Shown: in pieces, positions 38,245 to 47,666 of the stretch
Position numbering within the stretch: the first letter of the stretch is position 1
Layout of the letters: every line of letters starts with the position of its first letter
Virus record (IMG/VR): IMGVR_UViG_3300023082_000002
Coordinates: 1 to 64,000 of that record
Direction: 5' to 3' (one strand)
Length of the DNA stretch: 64,000 nucleotides
From: a virus
Program-made: the position numbers and the translations under genes
Notes under the pieces: model-generated
What the model saw: the letters and a program-made list of their open reading frames with translations, nothing else
Database searches by the model: none
Told to the model about the DNA's origin: nothing

Positions 38245-39020
38245 TACTTCCTCCTGATTGCTCGGCGCGCTTCACCCTGTGCGGAGCGAGTGCTGTTCTT
38301 GAACTTACGCTTAGCCTCTTCGAGGTCAGCGATAGTCTGGTTTTTCTTGGCCGTATAGTCGACGAATCGCACGGGCTTAGTAGCAGTCTCTGCGAACCCC
38401 ATCTGCACCCAGCGCTTCCAGACAGCGTCAATCGCGCCGGTCGAGGGCTCCTGGCCGCCCTGCTTTCCGCCGATATACTTAGCGATCTCCTTGGGAGTGA
38501 CCAGCACCTCGTCGGGCCAGATATCCATAGCCTTGTTGCACGCCTCAAGTACTTGATACTCGAGCTGCCCCTTGGTTCGTCGACCAGAGTCGGTCTCATG
38601 GAAGACGTGACCCTTAAGAATGCTGTCGGGAGTTAGTTCCTCACCAACGATAGCCTTCTTGTCGATCGGACCCTGACGCTTGGACGGTCCACCGAAGTCA
38701 GTATGCGCGGTCGGGTCGGGGCGCAAGTAGCTTCCCATGTCGGGGCGATACTCGGGATTTTCTACAAGCCTGCGCTCCTCGCCAAGCATTGCAAAGATTT
38801 CATCTTGCTCGATGTGGCAGACACATGTGCACGTAGTCCAGAAGGCACAGGTCTTGAGTGACTTGCCTTCGAAGTTGCGAGGACGGGTACCTTCGCAGTG
38901 GCCGTTTCCGCAGAACCCTGTGAAGTGAGTCCGATCGGGGTGGTCTTTCTGCTTCTTCTTGATGCGGGTCTTGAGCCATGCCCCGCGATCGAAGGTCTTA
39001 GTCTTTGTCTTCGTTGGCAC
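38244..39020 (-). CDS. Cys/His-rich protein with winged-helix-like domain
   Basis: C..GHC...C.CVCH; TPKEIA...EPSTGAIDAVW; GTG after GGAGGAG. Confidence 0.6.
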   Translation of the reverse strand: MPTKTKTKTFDRGAWLKTRIKKKQKDHPDRTHFTGFCGNGHCEGTRPRNFEGKSLKTCAFWTTCTCVCHIEQDEIFAMLGEERRLVENPEYRPDMGSYLRPDPTAHTDFGGPSKRQGPIDKKAIVGEELTPDSILKGHVFHETDSGRRTKGQLEYQVLEACNKAMDIWPDEVLVTPKEIAKYIGGKQGGQEPSTGAIDAVWKRWVQMGFAETATKPVRFVDYTAKKNQTIADLEEAKRKFKNSTRSAQGEARRAIRRK

Positions 39021-39237
39021 GACGAGTCTCCTCCATGTAAAGATCAATCTCGGCTACGTGAAGCTCGGCATGACCCGTGACGAATGCGTAGTGCTGCTCT
39101 GGCTTCTCGTCGGTAGTCAGAACCATCTGCTCTACGACAACGTACCCAGCGCGTGACAGATTTGCAATCACTGATCGCACGGCGTCTAGAGTGTCGTCGT
39201 GGTCCGTGTCCATCTCGATGATAACTTTTCGAGTCAT
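38998..39237 (-). CDS. hypothetical protein
   Basis: ATGA coupling. Confidence 0.55.
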   Translation of the reverse strand: MTRKVIIEMDTDHDDTLDAVRSVIANLSRAGYVVVEQMVLTTDEKPEQHYAFVTGHAELHVAEIDLYMEETRRANEDKD

Positions 39238-39443
39238 TCTTTCTGTGCCCACTTTCCAAGCGCAAAGACTCCGTAGCCGAGCAGTCCGACCGGCCATGCG
39301 ATGACCGTGGCAAGAACCAAAAAAGCTGCCTCTATCTCGCTTACGCTACCGGAGTAGAAGGTGCTATTCTCTCGCAGCCCGAAAACTATGAACACACCAG
39401 CGATCACCCACAGGATAGCGGCTGGCACAAATAGCCAGATCAT
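39234..39443 (-). CDS. small 2-TM membrane protein
   Basis: Two hydrophobic helices. Confidence 0.65.
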   Translation of the reverse strand: MIWLFVPAAILWVIAGVFIVFGLRENSTFYSGSVSEIEAAFLVLATVIAWPVGLLGYGVFALGKWAQKE

Positions 39444-39655
39444 CGCAGCGGCCTCGGCTTCCTGGTGATCTCATCGACATTGAGACCCAGGTTTGTGCGC
39501 CGACACTTGGGGCACCAAGGCGGACGGGCATCGCGATGCTGGCGAACCTCGTGCGGACCGACGCACGACTCGGCCACCGCCTTTGCCAACTCGTCCTGCG
39601 CCTTGAGGTACTTCTTTCTCAGACGATCGACCTCGGTCTGCTGTTCGACAGTCAT
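39440..39655 (-). CDS. small hypothetical protein
   Basis: C..PH...HRD.RPPWCPKC. Confidence 0.6.
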   Translation of the reverse strand: MTVEQQTEVDRLRKKYLKAQDELAKAVAESCVGPHEVRQHRDARPPWCPKCRRTNLGLNVDEITRKPRPLR

Positions 39656-39813
39656 GCGTCCACCGCCATTGCCAGAGCATCAAGGTCGACACGTCCGTCT
39701 ATGACTGCATGACACTTGTCGTCATCGAATGCCAGCCAACCAAGGCCCAGGCCCCGATGATTCTCGTCATACTGACGTTCAAGTTCTGCGACGATCTTCT
39801 CGAGGGTTTTCAT
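39652..39813 (-). CDS. 53-aa hypothetical protein (not in ORF track)
   Basis: ATGA coupling on both sides. Confidence 0.55.
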   Translation of the reverse strand: MKTLEKIVAELERQYDENHRGLGLGWLAFDDDKCHAVIDGRVDLDALAMAVDA

Positions 39814-39971
39814 GAGAATGTCACGTAATCTGACGTGTCGATCCCGATGACATTCGACCCCTTGCGGCCTGCAAACTCCTTGTCGAACTCGGCCTTGTCG
39901 GTCGTGTCCGTCATGAGAATCCAGCTCCCGTCATCGGGATTCTGAACAAGCATCAGGTAGTGGGTTTCCAT
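39810..39971 (-). CDS. 53-aa hypothetical protein (not in ORF track)
   Basis: TAATG coupling with the recombinase stop. Confidence 0.55.
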   Translation of the reverse strand: METHYLMLVQNPDDGSWILMTDTTDKAEFDKEFAGRKGSNVIGIDTSDYVTFS

Positions 39972-40807
39972 TAGAACTGAACCGCCTCTCGCAGCGCCGC
40001 TTCATTGACGCCTGTGTAGATTTCTGTCGTGGTGACGTTGCCGTGACCCAGGAGCTCCTGGACCAGTCGAATGTTGCGCGTTCTCTCAAACACCAGGGTG
40101 GCGAATGTGTGACGCATGTCGTGTGATGCGATCGGTCGTGACAGCTTTGCACGCTCGCCCAGTGCTGTGATGACCCGACGGGCTGGTCGATCAGAGTAGG
40201 TAATGAGACAGGAGTCATTACCTCTAAGGATCGCCTCGGCGTAGCACTCCGAGATAGCGGCCCATGCTTCATCGGACACAGGTACGATGCGGGTCTTGTC
40301 ACCCTTGCCGCGAATCGAAACGGTCATATCGTGCAGATTGAACCACGAAGGACGAGTGTCACGTGCCTCACTGATGCGGCATCCGATAAGTCCGGTCAGG
40401 CTAACAAGGGCCTTTTGCTCGGGGTTGGACGCCGCATCAATCATACGAAGCAAACCATCCTTGCCCTCGCTGATCGGGTGTGCGATGCCACGAGCGGTGT
40501 GCGGCGGCATGTAGTCATCGAGGATCAGCGGGTCACCCGCCCACTTCGCCCACACCTTGACCGAAGTGAGGCGGCGTCCAGTTGTCTTGGGCGAGAGGAG
40601 GGGTCGACTCAGGTTCAGCCACTTCTGTGCTGCTTCCTCCAGGGACTCCATCGGAATCGCCGTCTTCCCCGACTCCGCTAGAAGAATCAGAAGGTCCGAC
40701 CGATACGCCTTGCATGTATGCTTCGACAGCCCCCTTCCTAAACACCACGCGTGGAACTGCTCGATAGACTCTGTCGAAAGAGTCGTCGCCCGCTGCAAAC
40801 GCTTCAT
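39971..40807 (-). CDS. tyrosine recombinase (XerC/D-like, no arm-binding domain)
   Basis: GCRISE, GKGDKTR, HDMRH, LLGH, TTEIY catalytic residues. Confidence 0.92.
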   Translation of the reverse strand: MKRLQRATTLSTESIEQFHAWCLGRGLSKHTCKAYRSDLLILLAESGKTAIPMESLEEAAQKWLNLSRPLLSPKTTGRRLTSVKVWAKWAGDPLILDDYMPPHTARGIAHPISEGKDGLLRMIDAASNPEQKALVSLTGLIGCRISEARDTRPSWFNLHDMTVSIRGKGDKTRIVPVSDEAWAAISECYAEAILRGNDSCLITYSDRPARRVITALGERAKLSRPIASHDMRHTFATLVFERTRNIRLVQELLGHGNVTTTEIYTGVNEAALREAVQF

Positions 40808-41102
40808 CTGCTATCTCGTCTCTCCGTCGTGCGACGGGTAAGGCCAACTCGAATGCGTGGTCGATAACCTGCTTGATTGCAAGCAGCTCTGCTTCAGTCA
40901 TTGTCGTAAGGTTGAGCATCGACCCACCAACCCTGCCCATTTGACCTGTTCCGAGGATCAGGTCATCGTTCACTTCCTTGGTGCTCGCCTGGGCAATAAT
41001 CGTAACCTTGCCAGACTCAACCGTACACCATGCGATATTGTCTGCGGGCGTGCGGTCAGCGTTTGCTCCGTACTTTCGTCCACCGACGCGAGGCTTAGCC
41101 AT
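40533..41102 (-). CDS. hypothetical protein overlapping the recombinase 5' end
   Basis: ATG one base after the upstream stop; globular N-part, acidic disordered tail in the overlap. Confidence 0.65.
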   Translation of the reverse strand: MAKPRVGGRKYGANADRTPADNIAWCTVESGKVTIIAQASTKEVNDDLILGTGQMGRVGGSMLNLTTMTEAELLAIKQVIDHAFELALPVARRRDEIADEAFAAGDDSFDRVYRAVPRVVFRKGAVEAYMQGVSVGPSDSSSGVGEDGDSDGVPGGSSTEVAEPESTPPLAQDNWTPPHFGQGVGEVGG

Positions 41103-41103
41103 G

Positions 41104-41928
41104 TCAGCGCTCCCACGGAGGAGGGGCCGGAGTGTTACCGGCTGGTGATTTTCCAGGTCCAGCCGCCGGGGATGCAGCGGGCGCAGTCGCAGGTCGCTGG
41201 GTGGCCGGACGCGTGGAAGGTAGTGTTGATGGAAACAGTGGCTGCTGAGGTGGTGGTCCAGACCGGCGCGGCCTGCTGCCCTGCGCTACCCCAGCCATTC
41301 CGAAATTTCCGCTCGTCACGTCCTGGCCCATTGTCTGCTTGTAGCAGATAGTGCAGCACCCTTCGAGAACCACGCACGCAATCTCTGCGTTTAGAGTCTC
41401 TCGTTCAGAGCAGTGACTGACAAATAGAACCTTGTCAGCCTGATCCAACCTTTCATGAATTCTGTTGGGGCATCGAAAGCCGCCACTGTCTGCGGTAGGT
41501 TGACGCTTGAGAAGCTCGACTGTCAACCAATCCCATACCATCCCACGAATTACTTCTCGTCTATCTTCTGGCATGATAGTTCCGATGACAGCTTTCGTGT
41601 TCGAGTAAAAGTCGGACTCGTAAGCCAACTGTACCTCCATCATGTCGCCAAGATCGGCCTGGTGGGTGCCAAGATTTACCTCGATCCACAGCGACCAGGG
41701 GTCGAGGCAAAGAAATGAACCGACCGGCGAGAGATTGAACTTGTAAACCTGACCGCCGTTGAGTGACGGATCACTGTAGTCCATGATCTCGGTCTCGATG
41801 TGATAGCAGGACTTGTTCCAGCTCATCGCAAACAGACGTTCGACAGGGGCCGAATAGTTCGGCTTGTCCGGGCACTCATCACAGACAAGAACGCGTGCAC
41901 CCTCAAGGATTTTTTCAGTCACTGCCAT
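41104..41928 (-). CDS. Cys-containing hypothetical protein with Pro-rich tail
   Basis: TAATG coupling. Confidence 0.6.
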   Translation of the reverse strand: MAVTEKILEGARVLVCDECPDKPNYSAPVERLFAMSWNKSCYHIETEIMDYSDPSLNGGQVYKFNLSPVGSFLCLDPWSLWIEVNLGTHQADLGDMMEVQLAYESDFYSNTKAVIGTIMPEDRREVIRGMVWDWLTVELLKRQPTADSGGFRCPNRIHERLDQADKVLFVSHCSERETLNAEIACVVLEGCCTICYKQTMGQDVTSGNFGMAGVAQGSRPRRSGPPPQQPLFPSTLPSTRPATQRPATAPAASPAAGPGKSPAGNTPAPPPWER

Positions 41929-42215
41929 TACACAAGCCACCTAGCATCTTCCGGGGATAGGCCGTGTTTCACGGCTTGCTTCTCGAGCCACTTCATGTCA
42001 CGCCTCAACCTAGCATATCGACGTGGGTCACTGGCGCTGATTGCGGAAATGATCGCGCCCCTAGTCTTGGGGGGTTGGCGACGAGTCGCTCCACGATTCC
42101 ACTCTTCACGATCTTCGTGTGATAGGTCTCGTGGCGGTGCGCCGAACGCTCTCGCATCTCGAACCTGATCGTTGAACCTGCCGAGCTTGCGTTCGACATC
42201 ATCAAGCCAGCCCAT
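41928..42215 (-). CDS. basic hypothetical protein
   Basis: GGAAGG RBS; MGWLDDVERK. Confidence 0.6.
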   Translation of the reverse strand: MGWLDDVERKLGRFNDQVRDARAFGAPPRDLSHEDREEWNRGATRRQPPKTRGAIISAISASDPRRYARLRRDMKWLEKQAVKHGLSPEDARWLV

Positions 42216-42498
42216 TGCGAACCTTCCATGCCTGCATTTCCGACTGGGCATCGGCGTCCAGTCCAGGGCGGATGATGTGCAGGTTCTCCTGATAGTCTTC
42301 GGGTCGCAGCATGCCAGCGTTACCGAGGTTGCGGATCGCGAACTCGATACCGAAGTCGCGCTGGCCAGCGCGTGCCTGGAATGTCGGGCGACTGGGCTGT
42401 ACTGCTTGTGCGGCGACCGGCGCACTCGCTGCGCGGCGACGTGGCTTGTGCTTCTTTACTTGCGGCACCTCGTCCGCGTCCCACAATGACTCGCTCAC
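42202..42498 (-). CDS. hypothetical protein
   Basis: First gene after the promoter at 42547. Confidence 0.6.
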   Translation of the reverse strand: MSESLWDADEVPQVKKHKPRRRAASAPVAAQAVQPSRPTFQARAGQRDFGIEFAIRNLGNAGMLRPEDYQENLHIIRPGLDADAQSEMQAWKVRNGLA

Positions 42499-42546
42499 GA
42501 TGTCCCCAATTCTCGTACGGTCTGCACGGTGACTGTCCCTATAACC

Positions 42547-42575
42547 ATAGTACGCTATCTCGCATCTAGAGTCAA
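42547..42575 (-). promoter_or_regulatory. SigA-type promoter
   Basis: TTGACT-17 bp-TACTAT at a gene boundary. Confidence 0.8.
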
Positions 42576-43321
42576 GACTTATCTGCGAGGGCTTTTACGT
42601 ACGCAACGTCAACCTTGAACGAGACAGCAATATCTTCGGGTTCAAAGAATCCAGTCGCCAAGGCGTTGATGATCTTCTGGTCAACCTCAACTCCGAGTGA
42701 GACCATAGAAGCGACAGGAGTTTTTGCGACACGCTGCTTCGGAGCCCTAGTGGTCTTCTCGGGATCGAAGTTCGACGACCCCTGCTTGTTGGCCTTCTCG
42801 TACTCCCTGGAGCCAGGCAGGGGTGGGTTGTACTTGTACCCTGGCGTAGGCTCGAACTCGCGCTCACCCTTGCGAATCGCGGCACGCTTCATCTCCTCAA
42901 CAACAACCTCGTCGGCTGTAATGAAGTAATGAGACGACATCATCTGAATGCTTTCAGCGATGCCTCGCATGCGACCCTTGTAGTACTCGAGCTCCATCTG
43001 ATCGCGCTTTGTTTGGAACTCATCGAACGAGGAATCAAGACTGTCCCACAGCTTTTCAAGTAGCGACTTGCCGACACGCAGCATGGTGTACCTCTGTCCT
43101 CGTTCGTCTCGTTCTTCCATGAATTCATTTGACTTACCCTCGTCAGGGCAGCGCGTGAGATGCTCGTCCCATGCGTACTGCGCCATAGTCACAGAGGCGT
43201 GCGCGGTGCTGTAGAAGCAGTCGAAGCGGGGGCACTTGAGACTGAACGGATGGGTGCCGCGAGTCATTGTGAGGTTGGGCTCGATCGGCGCCTCTGTCGG
43301 TGCGTGTGCCACGTAACTCAT
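42572..43321 (-). CDS. hypothetical protein (N-terminal C2H2-like, C-terminal HTH-like)
   Basis: CPRFDC...H...C; PEDIAVSFKVDVAYV. Confidence 0.6.
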   Translation of the reverse strand: MSYVAHAPTEAPIEPNLTMTRGTHPFSLKCPRFDCFYSTAHASVTMAQYAWDEHLTRCPDEGKSNEFMEERDERGQRYTMLRVGKSLLEKLWDSLDSSFDEFQTKRDQMELEYYKGRMRGIAESIQMMSSHYFITADEVVVEEMKRAAIRKGEREFEPTPGYKYNPPLPGSREYEKANKQGSSNFDPEKTTRAPKQRVAKTPVASMVSLGVEVDQKIINALATGFFEPEDIAVSFKVDVAYVKALADKS

Positions 43322-43575
43322 TCCTTCACTTCCGATTCAAACACAAGGAATGATTCGTGCTCTGAGTACTTGCGTGTCCATGTCTTTTTCTTTTCGACAG
43401 AAAGATTGTAGCCAGCATCTTCTACCCACGGTTCGCCTTCGAGCTTTTTTTCAGACGGCGTACGCTTGAGGCACTCTTTGTCGAGCTCGGTCTTTGCTAC
43501 CTCCAGGGTTACATAGACCTCATAGAAGTGTCGACCATCCCAGCCCATATCTACGACTGCAACATAGACCTTCAT
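43318..43575 (-). CDS. hypothetical protein
   Basis: MKVYVAVV; start reassigned from the ORF track. Confidence 0.6.
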   Translation of the reverse strand: MKVYVAVVDMGWDGRHFYEVYVTLEVAKTELDKECLKRTPSEKKLEGEPWVEDAGYNLSVEKKKTWTRKYSEHESFLVFESEVKE

Positions 43576-43610
43576 GCTGGCGCTTCCCTTCTTGTCATTG
43601 TCTAGGTAGA

Positions 43611-43972
43611 GCTTCACCCCCGGCCAAGGACTAGCCGGGGGTGAAGCGGTGAGGGGTTTGGAGTACAGGTTGTCTTGCTGCCAGCTCCTGGTTAGCCTTA
43701 CCCGCACGCCGGTGATCAGGACACCGGGGGTCACATGCAGAGCAATCGCTGGCCCCTCTGTTAACGAGGCAGGGACTCGGGCCTCGAACGGTTACCTAGT
43801 TAAGCGGGTACGAGTCGCCCCTAGTTCTCGTACCCTGTTGGCACGCACCCGATGATGAGCACGTATTGACTGACTGCGCAAGCTCTTCCCAAGCACAGGC
43901 AGTCAAGCGAGACACACTTTCAGTGGGTCATGACTCCACTGGTTACCACGGCAGTGTCTCGCTCGCTTGGGA
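43611..43972 (-). ncRNA. candidate structured non-coding RNA (~360 nt)
   Basis: Intergenic gap fully tiled by stems (see findings), ending in a perfect 14-bp hairpin 43611-43647. Confidence 0.55.
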
Positions 43973-44461
43973 TCAGTACTCGGCGGGCTCGGGAGCGTCG
44001 CCGCCGAAGCCGTCCTCGTCCGCACCAGGCTGGGGTGCCTCGCCGGCGGCCTCACCCACGGGCTCGGCGTCTTCCTTGAGGTGGTTGTGACCGAGGTCCG
44101 AGTGGTCGATCTTGCCGTGCAGCTCCGCGGCCTGGTCGGGCGACATCGCGTTGACCTGCGAGAGGGGCGCACCGTGCCGGTCGATCAGGTGCTTCTTCAC
44201 GCGGGTTGCGTCGACCGGCTTCATCTTGACCTGCTTGAGCTTGACGTCCGGGACCGGAGCCTCCTCCAGCTCGAGGACATCATCGAGCTCCAGGAGGTCC
44301 ATCTCGCGACGACCTCGCGGCTTGAAGCCGACGCCCGCAGTGGACGCGACCTCGATCTTGCCCTGGACCTGCTCGGTCGAACCGTCCTCGCGCTTGACGG
44401 TGAGGAGAACGACGTCCCCGGACTTGGCCTTCTCCTGCAGTGTTTCGATTGCGACGGTCAT
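43973..44461 (-). CDS. highly expressed protein with Sm/SH3-like N domain and His-rich C domain
   Basis: Extreme codon bias, AGGAG RBS; helix-then-beta pattern VLLTV...DG...VQGKI...LELDDVLELE; HLIDRH...H...H..LGH.H. Confidence 0.6.
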   Translation of the reverse strand: MTVAIETLQEKAKSGDVVLLTVKREDGSTEQVQGKIEVASTAGVGFKPRGRREMDLLELDDVLELEEAPVPDVKLKQVKMKPVDATRVKKHLIDRHGAPLSQVNAMSPDQAAELHGKIDHSDLGHNHLKEDAEPVGEAAGEAPQPGADEDGFGGDAPEPAEY

Positions 44462-44554
44462 TTGATGCTCCTGGTTGATGTGTACCTGTTGGCGGGTCGG
44501 GTCGACCGTATCACGGATGGACGTCCCCTGTACAGCCCTTGTTCAACGATTCCG

Positions 44555-47473
44555 TTATCGGTCCGTCAATTTTTTCTCAAGGTGATGAATGACCTTGACC
44601 AGGTCTTCGTCTCCGTCGACTCGAACGGTATCCATCCCGAACTCTTCAGGCGAACTGGTTCGGATACCGACGCCCATGAGGGTGATGTTCTGCTGCCTAC
44701 ACTTGGCGATCTGAGTCTGAAGAACTTCGAGCTCCTCGTCATAGTTTGCCGCAGGCATTGCGCCGTCAGTGTAGTACAGAATGATCTTGTCGGTTGCCGG
44801 AGTCCGCTCAACAGCCTTGCGATAGTACTCTAGCGTATGACCGTCGACGTTCGCCTGAAGTGGTCCAATGTTCTTCAGAGATTCGCGAGCACGGTCATCC
44901 CATTGATCCTGAAATGACTTGATCTCATATATTTCCATGCTGAGATTCTCGTACGTACCATCTCCACTGTCGAGTGCACTATGTGCATACACAGCGAAGT
45001 CAATACCAACTCGTGAACACAGTTCGGCCTGAGCCGTGACCGCCCGTTTCGCGAGCTTCATATTGCGAGCACCAGTGAATGACATGCTGGCCGAGATATC
45101 AACCCCGATGACGACGGCGTACGACTTCTTGCCGGGCAAGATAGTCTTCTTGAACATGCGTGGATCGTTGAATGGAGCGCGCTTGGCGAGCGACCCACCC
45201 CGAATCTTTCCCGACTTCAAGTTCTTCTGATGACGAGCACGCTTGTTATCATCGAAGACACGACGCGTAACCTGCAATGCTTCACCTAGCAAAGACTCAT
45301 CAGGCTCAAAGTCACCACGCAAGCCGATGTTGCGAAGGGACTTTTCGCTGTAAAGAACCTTGTCCCCATTAGTGCCACGCCATGCGTTGTCAGAGTCAGG
45401 GACATCGGTGTATCGGTGAACATTGACACCGACAATGTTCACAGGAGCTGTATCAAAGTACAGGCCTTGCTCGATCGCAACTTCCATTGCGGCCTCTGCG
45501 GTACCATCGTCCACTGATTCGCCAAGCGAATACTCCGCAGACTCCTCGGCGTGATGGTCGCCGTGATGACCAGTCACTGCCTCCACGTACTGCGGAACAG
45601 AATCAGCGGAGCCATAATCTATTTCCGCTTCCAATTCCTGGCCCCAAGGATCGCTGCCTGTGTCGGATGAGCTATCCTCCATGTCATTCGGCTTGTCGGT
45701 GCCGAGCTCATTACTTCGTGTCTCAGATGCTGGGTCAGCATCGTCAGACCGATCCGCCTCCAGGGAATCCTCGCCGCCGACTGCTCCCTGATCTTCGGGC
45801 GCCTCGTCAGTGGCGAGTCCACTATCTGTGTCAGTGTCACCCCCAGACCCGTCGGGCTCTCGTGGATCACCGTAACCACTTTCAGTCTGGAACTCTTGTG
45901 AATCATCCCCACTGCTACGACTGTCTTCGTCATCTAGTCCTCCTTCTTCCTCCGAGCTGTCTGTCTCGCCAGTTCCTGATCCGCCGGACTCATCTTCGAT
46001 ACCTTCTGGATCGACCTCCGCTGCTGACTCTTCGGTCGACGAATCTTCCTCAGTCGCGTCACTGGTTACTCCCCTGTTAGCTTCCGCTGTGTCTCCAGGT
46101 ACGCTCTCGCCTGCTCCCTCTGGATTCGGTGACGATCCTCCGTTGTCAGGTTGATCGTCACCGGACTCGCTGTCGTCTTCGGGTACTCCTGTGCTGTCGC
46201 CGGAGCCAGAGGGAGAACCGTCATCATCTGTGTCAGGCTGTTCGTCCGTCTCGCCTGCGCCGCTGTCAACATTCGACGCATCGCTCGGAGTGTCGTTCTC
46301 TGGAAAGGCCTCCTCAGTCTCAGGGGAATCCTCGGCATCATCAGACTGAGCATCCGATAAATCTGAATGGTCAGACGATCCAGAATCGCCTGCCACCTCC
46401 CCTGTATCCTCGCCCTTGCCAGCGCCTTGGTCATCGTCAGCTTCATCCTCGGTATCTCCTTGTTCTTGGTCGGAAGATTCTTCCGATGATTCGTCATTGT
46501 CCTGACTATCGGACTCTTTGTCCGGTTCAGTTCTATCCTGCTTATCTTCGGACTCCTGGTCCTGCGGCTCAGGCTGCGGCTCGTCATCCTCTGTAATGTC
46601 GTCGGCCTCAGCAAAGAAGCCGAGCTCTTTGCCGCGCATCAAGGCATCGAAGGACAGGTTGAACACGTCACTCACCGAGCGTGCAGTCTTGGCACCTTCG
46701 GCAGTAGCAGTAAGCTCCGAGTCATAGCATGCCGCGACCACCTCGGGTGCAAAGAAGTCGTTGACCTCCCAGCGGGACGCTACTGCATACAGAGCAACAA
46801 TCAGTTGAGCATTGAGGGGCGCGTCGATCCATCGCGCAACCGAGCCGTCTGCCTGCTCGACACCCTCGGTAAAAGCTCGGCGTGCTCTGACCTCTCGCAT
46901 CTTGCGTGTACCCTTGCGAGCCAAGAACATGCGCTCGTCGATGCGAACGTCCTCAAGAATGTTCATGATCTGACCCAGGTACTCTGAAATAGAGTTAGCC
47001 AGTAGTATGAACGAATCGCCACCCTGCTTCCCCTGGTACTTCTCCATGCGCCTGTTCATCTTAGCAACAAAGTCGTCACCCTTGAATGCGACAGCAGCGG
47101 AGAGGGCCTTTGCTCGATCCTTGTCTGTGAAGGGAGCGAACGAGTGGTAAGCAATGTGTGCGATCTCGTGATAGATGCCAGAGAGAATATCTTCACGCAC
47201 TCTACACGCAGGGCATAGCTGCTGAAGGGTGACGTCATCTCTCTTGTCACACACGCTGCGGTCATGCTTTGTGTCGTCGGCTAGTGACAACGGGGGACGG
47301 TAGAAGATCGTCGTGCCGTCCGTGTGGGGAAACCCTGCGGTCACCTGGATGCGGACGGCGGGCTCCCCCGTAACGGCGCGAGCGTAGGAGGTGAGGCCGG
47401 GCTGCATCGTGCGAAAAGCTGCCAGAGCTTTTTGGGCTCTAGCAACATGGTCGCGGTCAACTGTCTGACTCAT
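44555..47473 (-). CDS. CobT-like vWA protein (HExxH N domain, long acidic linker, C-terminal vWA)
   Basis: HEIAH; NILEDVRID; several hundred D/E/S/G-rich residues; MIDAS DISAS and YTDG.P. Confidence 0.88.
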   Translation of the reverse strand: MSQTVDRDHVARAQKALAAFRTMQPGLTSYARAVTGEPAVRIQVTAGFPHTDGTTIFYRPPLSLADDTKHDRSVCDKRDDVTLQQLCPACRVREDILSGIYHEIAHIAYHSFAPFTDKDRAKALSAAVAFKGDDFVAKMNRRMEKYQGKQGGDSFILLANSISEYLGQIMNILEDVRIDERMFLARKGTRKMREVRARRAFTEGVEQADGSVARWIDAPLNAQLIVALYAVASRWEVNDFFAPEVVAACYDSELTATAEGAKTARSVSDVFNLSFDALMRGKELGFFAEADDITEDDEPQPEPQDQESEDKQDRTEPDKESDSQDNDESSEESSDQEQGDTEDEADDDQGAGKGEDTGEVAGDSGSSDHSDLSDAQSDDAEDSPETEEAFPENDTPSDASNVDSGAGETDEQPDTDDDGSPSGSGDSTGVPEDDSESGDDQPDNGGSSPNPEGAGESVPGDTAEANRGVTSDATEEDSSTEESAAEVDPEGIEDESGGSGTGETDSSEEEGGLDDEDSRSSGDDSQEFQTESGYGDPREPDGSGGDTDTDSGLATDEAPEDQGAVGGEDSLEADRSDDADPASETRSNELGTDKPNDMEDSSSDTGSDPWGQELEAEIDYGSADSVPQYVEAVTGHHGDHHAEESAEYSLGESVDDGTAEAAMEVAIEQGLYFDTAPVNIVGVNVHRYTDVPDSDNAWRGTNGDKVLYSEKSLRNIGLRGDFEPDESLLGEALQVTRRVFDDNKRARHQKNLKSGKIRGGSLAKRAPFNDPRMFKKTILPGKKSYAVVIGVDISASMSFTGARNMKLAKRAVTAQAELCSRVGIDFAVYAHSALDSGDGTYENLSMEIYEIKSFQDQWDDRARESLKNIGPLQANVDGHTLEYYRKAVERTPATDKIILYYTDGAMPAANYDEELEVLQTQIAKCRQQNITLMGVGIRTSSPEEFGMDTVRVDGDEDLVKVIHHLEKKLTDR

Positions 47474-47666
47474 CCGACCTCACTCCTCTCAGCAGCATCT
47501 CTAGTCCGGGCATGTATCTCTGTCGACTCATTGCCAACTGGTAGCAGGTCGGATCATCGTCAGTGTCGTGACAATACCACTTCTCACCTGACGAATCTGT
47601 GATCGAAGCAAACCCAGCAGCCGGGTCACGATCACAGTCAGCACAGGGCTCTGGTGCGACGGACAC
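47457..47666 (-). CDS. small Cys-containing hypothetical protein
   Basis: CADC...WYCH...TCY. Confidence 0.55.
   Translation of the reverse strand: MSVAPEPCADCDRDPAAGFASITDSSGEKWYCHDTDDDPTCYQLAMSRQRYMPGLEMLLRGVRSDESDS

Noticed and set aside
39971-40807. Integrase/lysogeny cassette
   Set aside because: No adjacent repressor, attP gap or host flanks; the gene is embedded in a coupled operon
43680-43745. HDV-like ribozyme (UCCUGAU loop, GGG, GCUAA)
   Set aside because: P1 and P2 pairings are not canonical by manual inspection; kept only as part of the general ncRNA candidate
43611-43972. tRNA, tmRNA or RNase P identity for the structured region
   Set aside because: No T-loop/CCA acceptor arrangement or GAGGAAAGUCC signature
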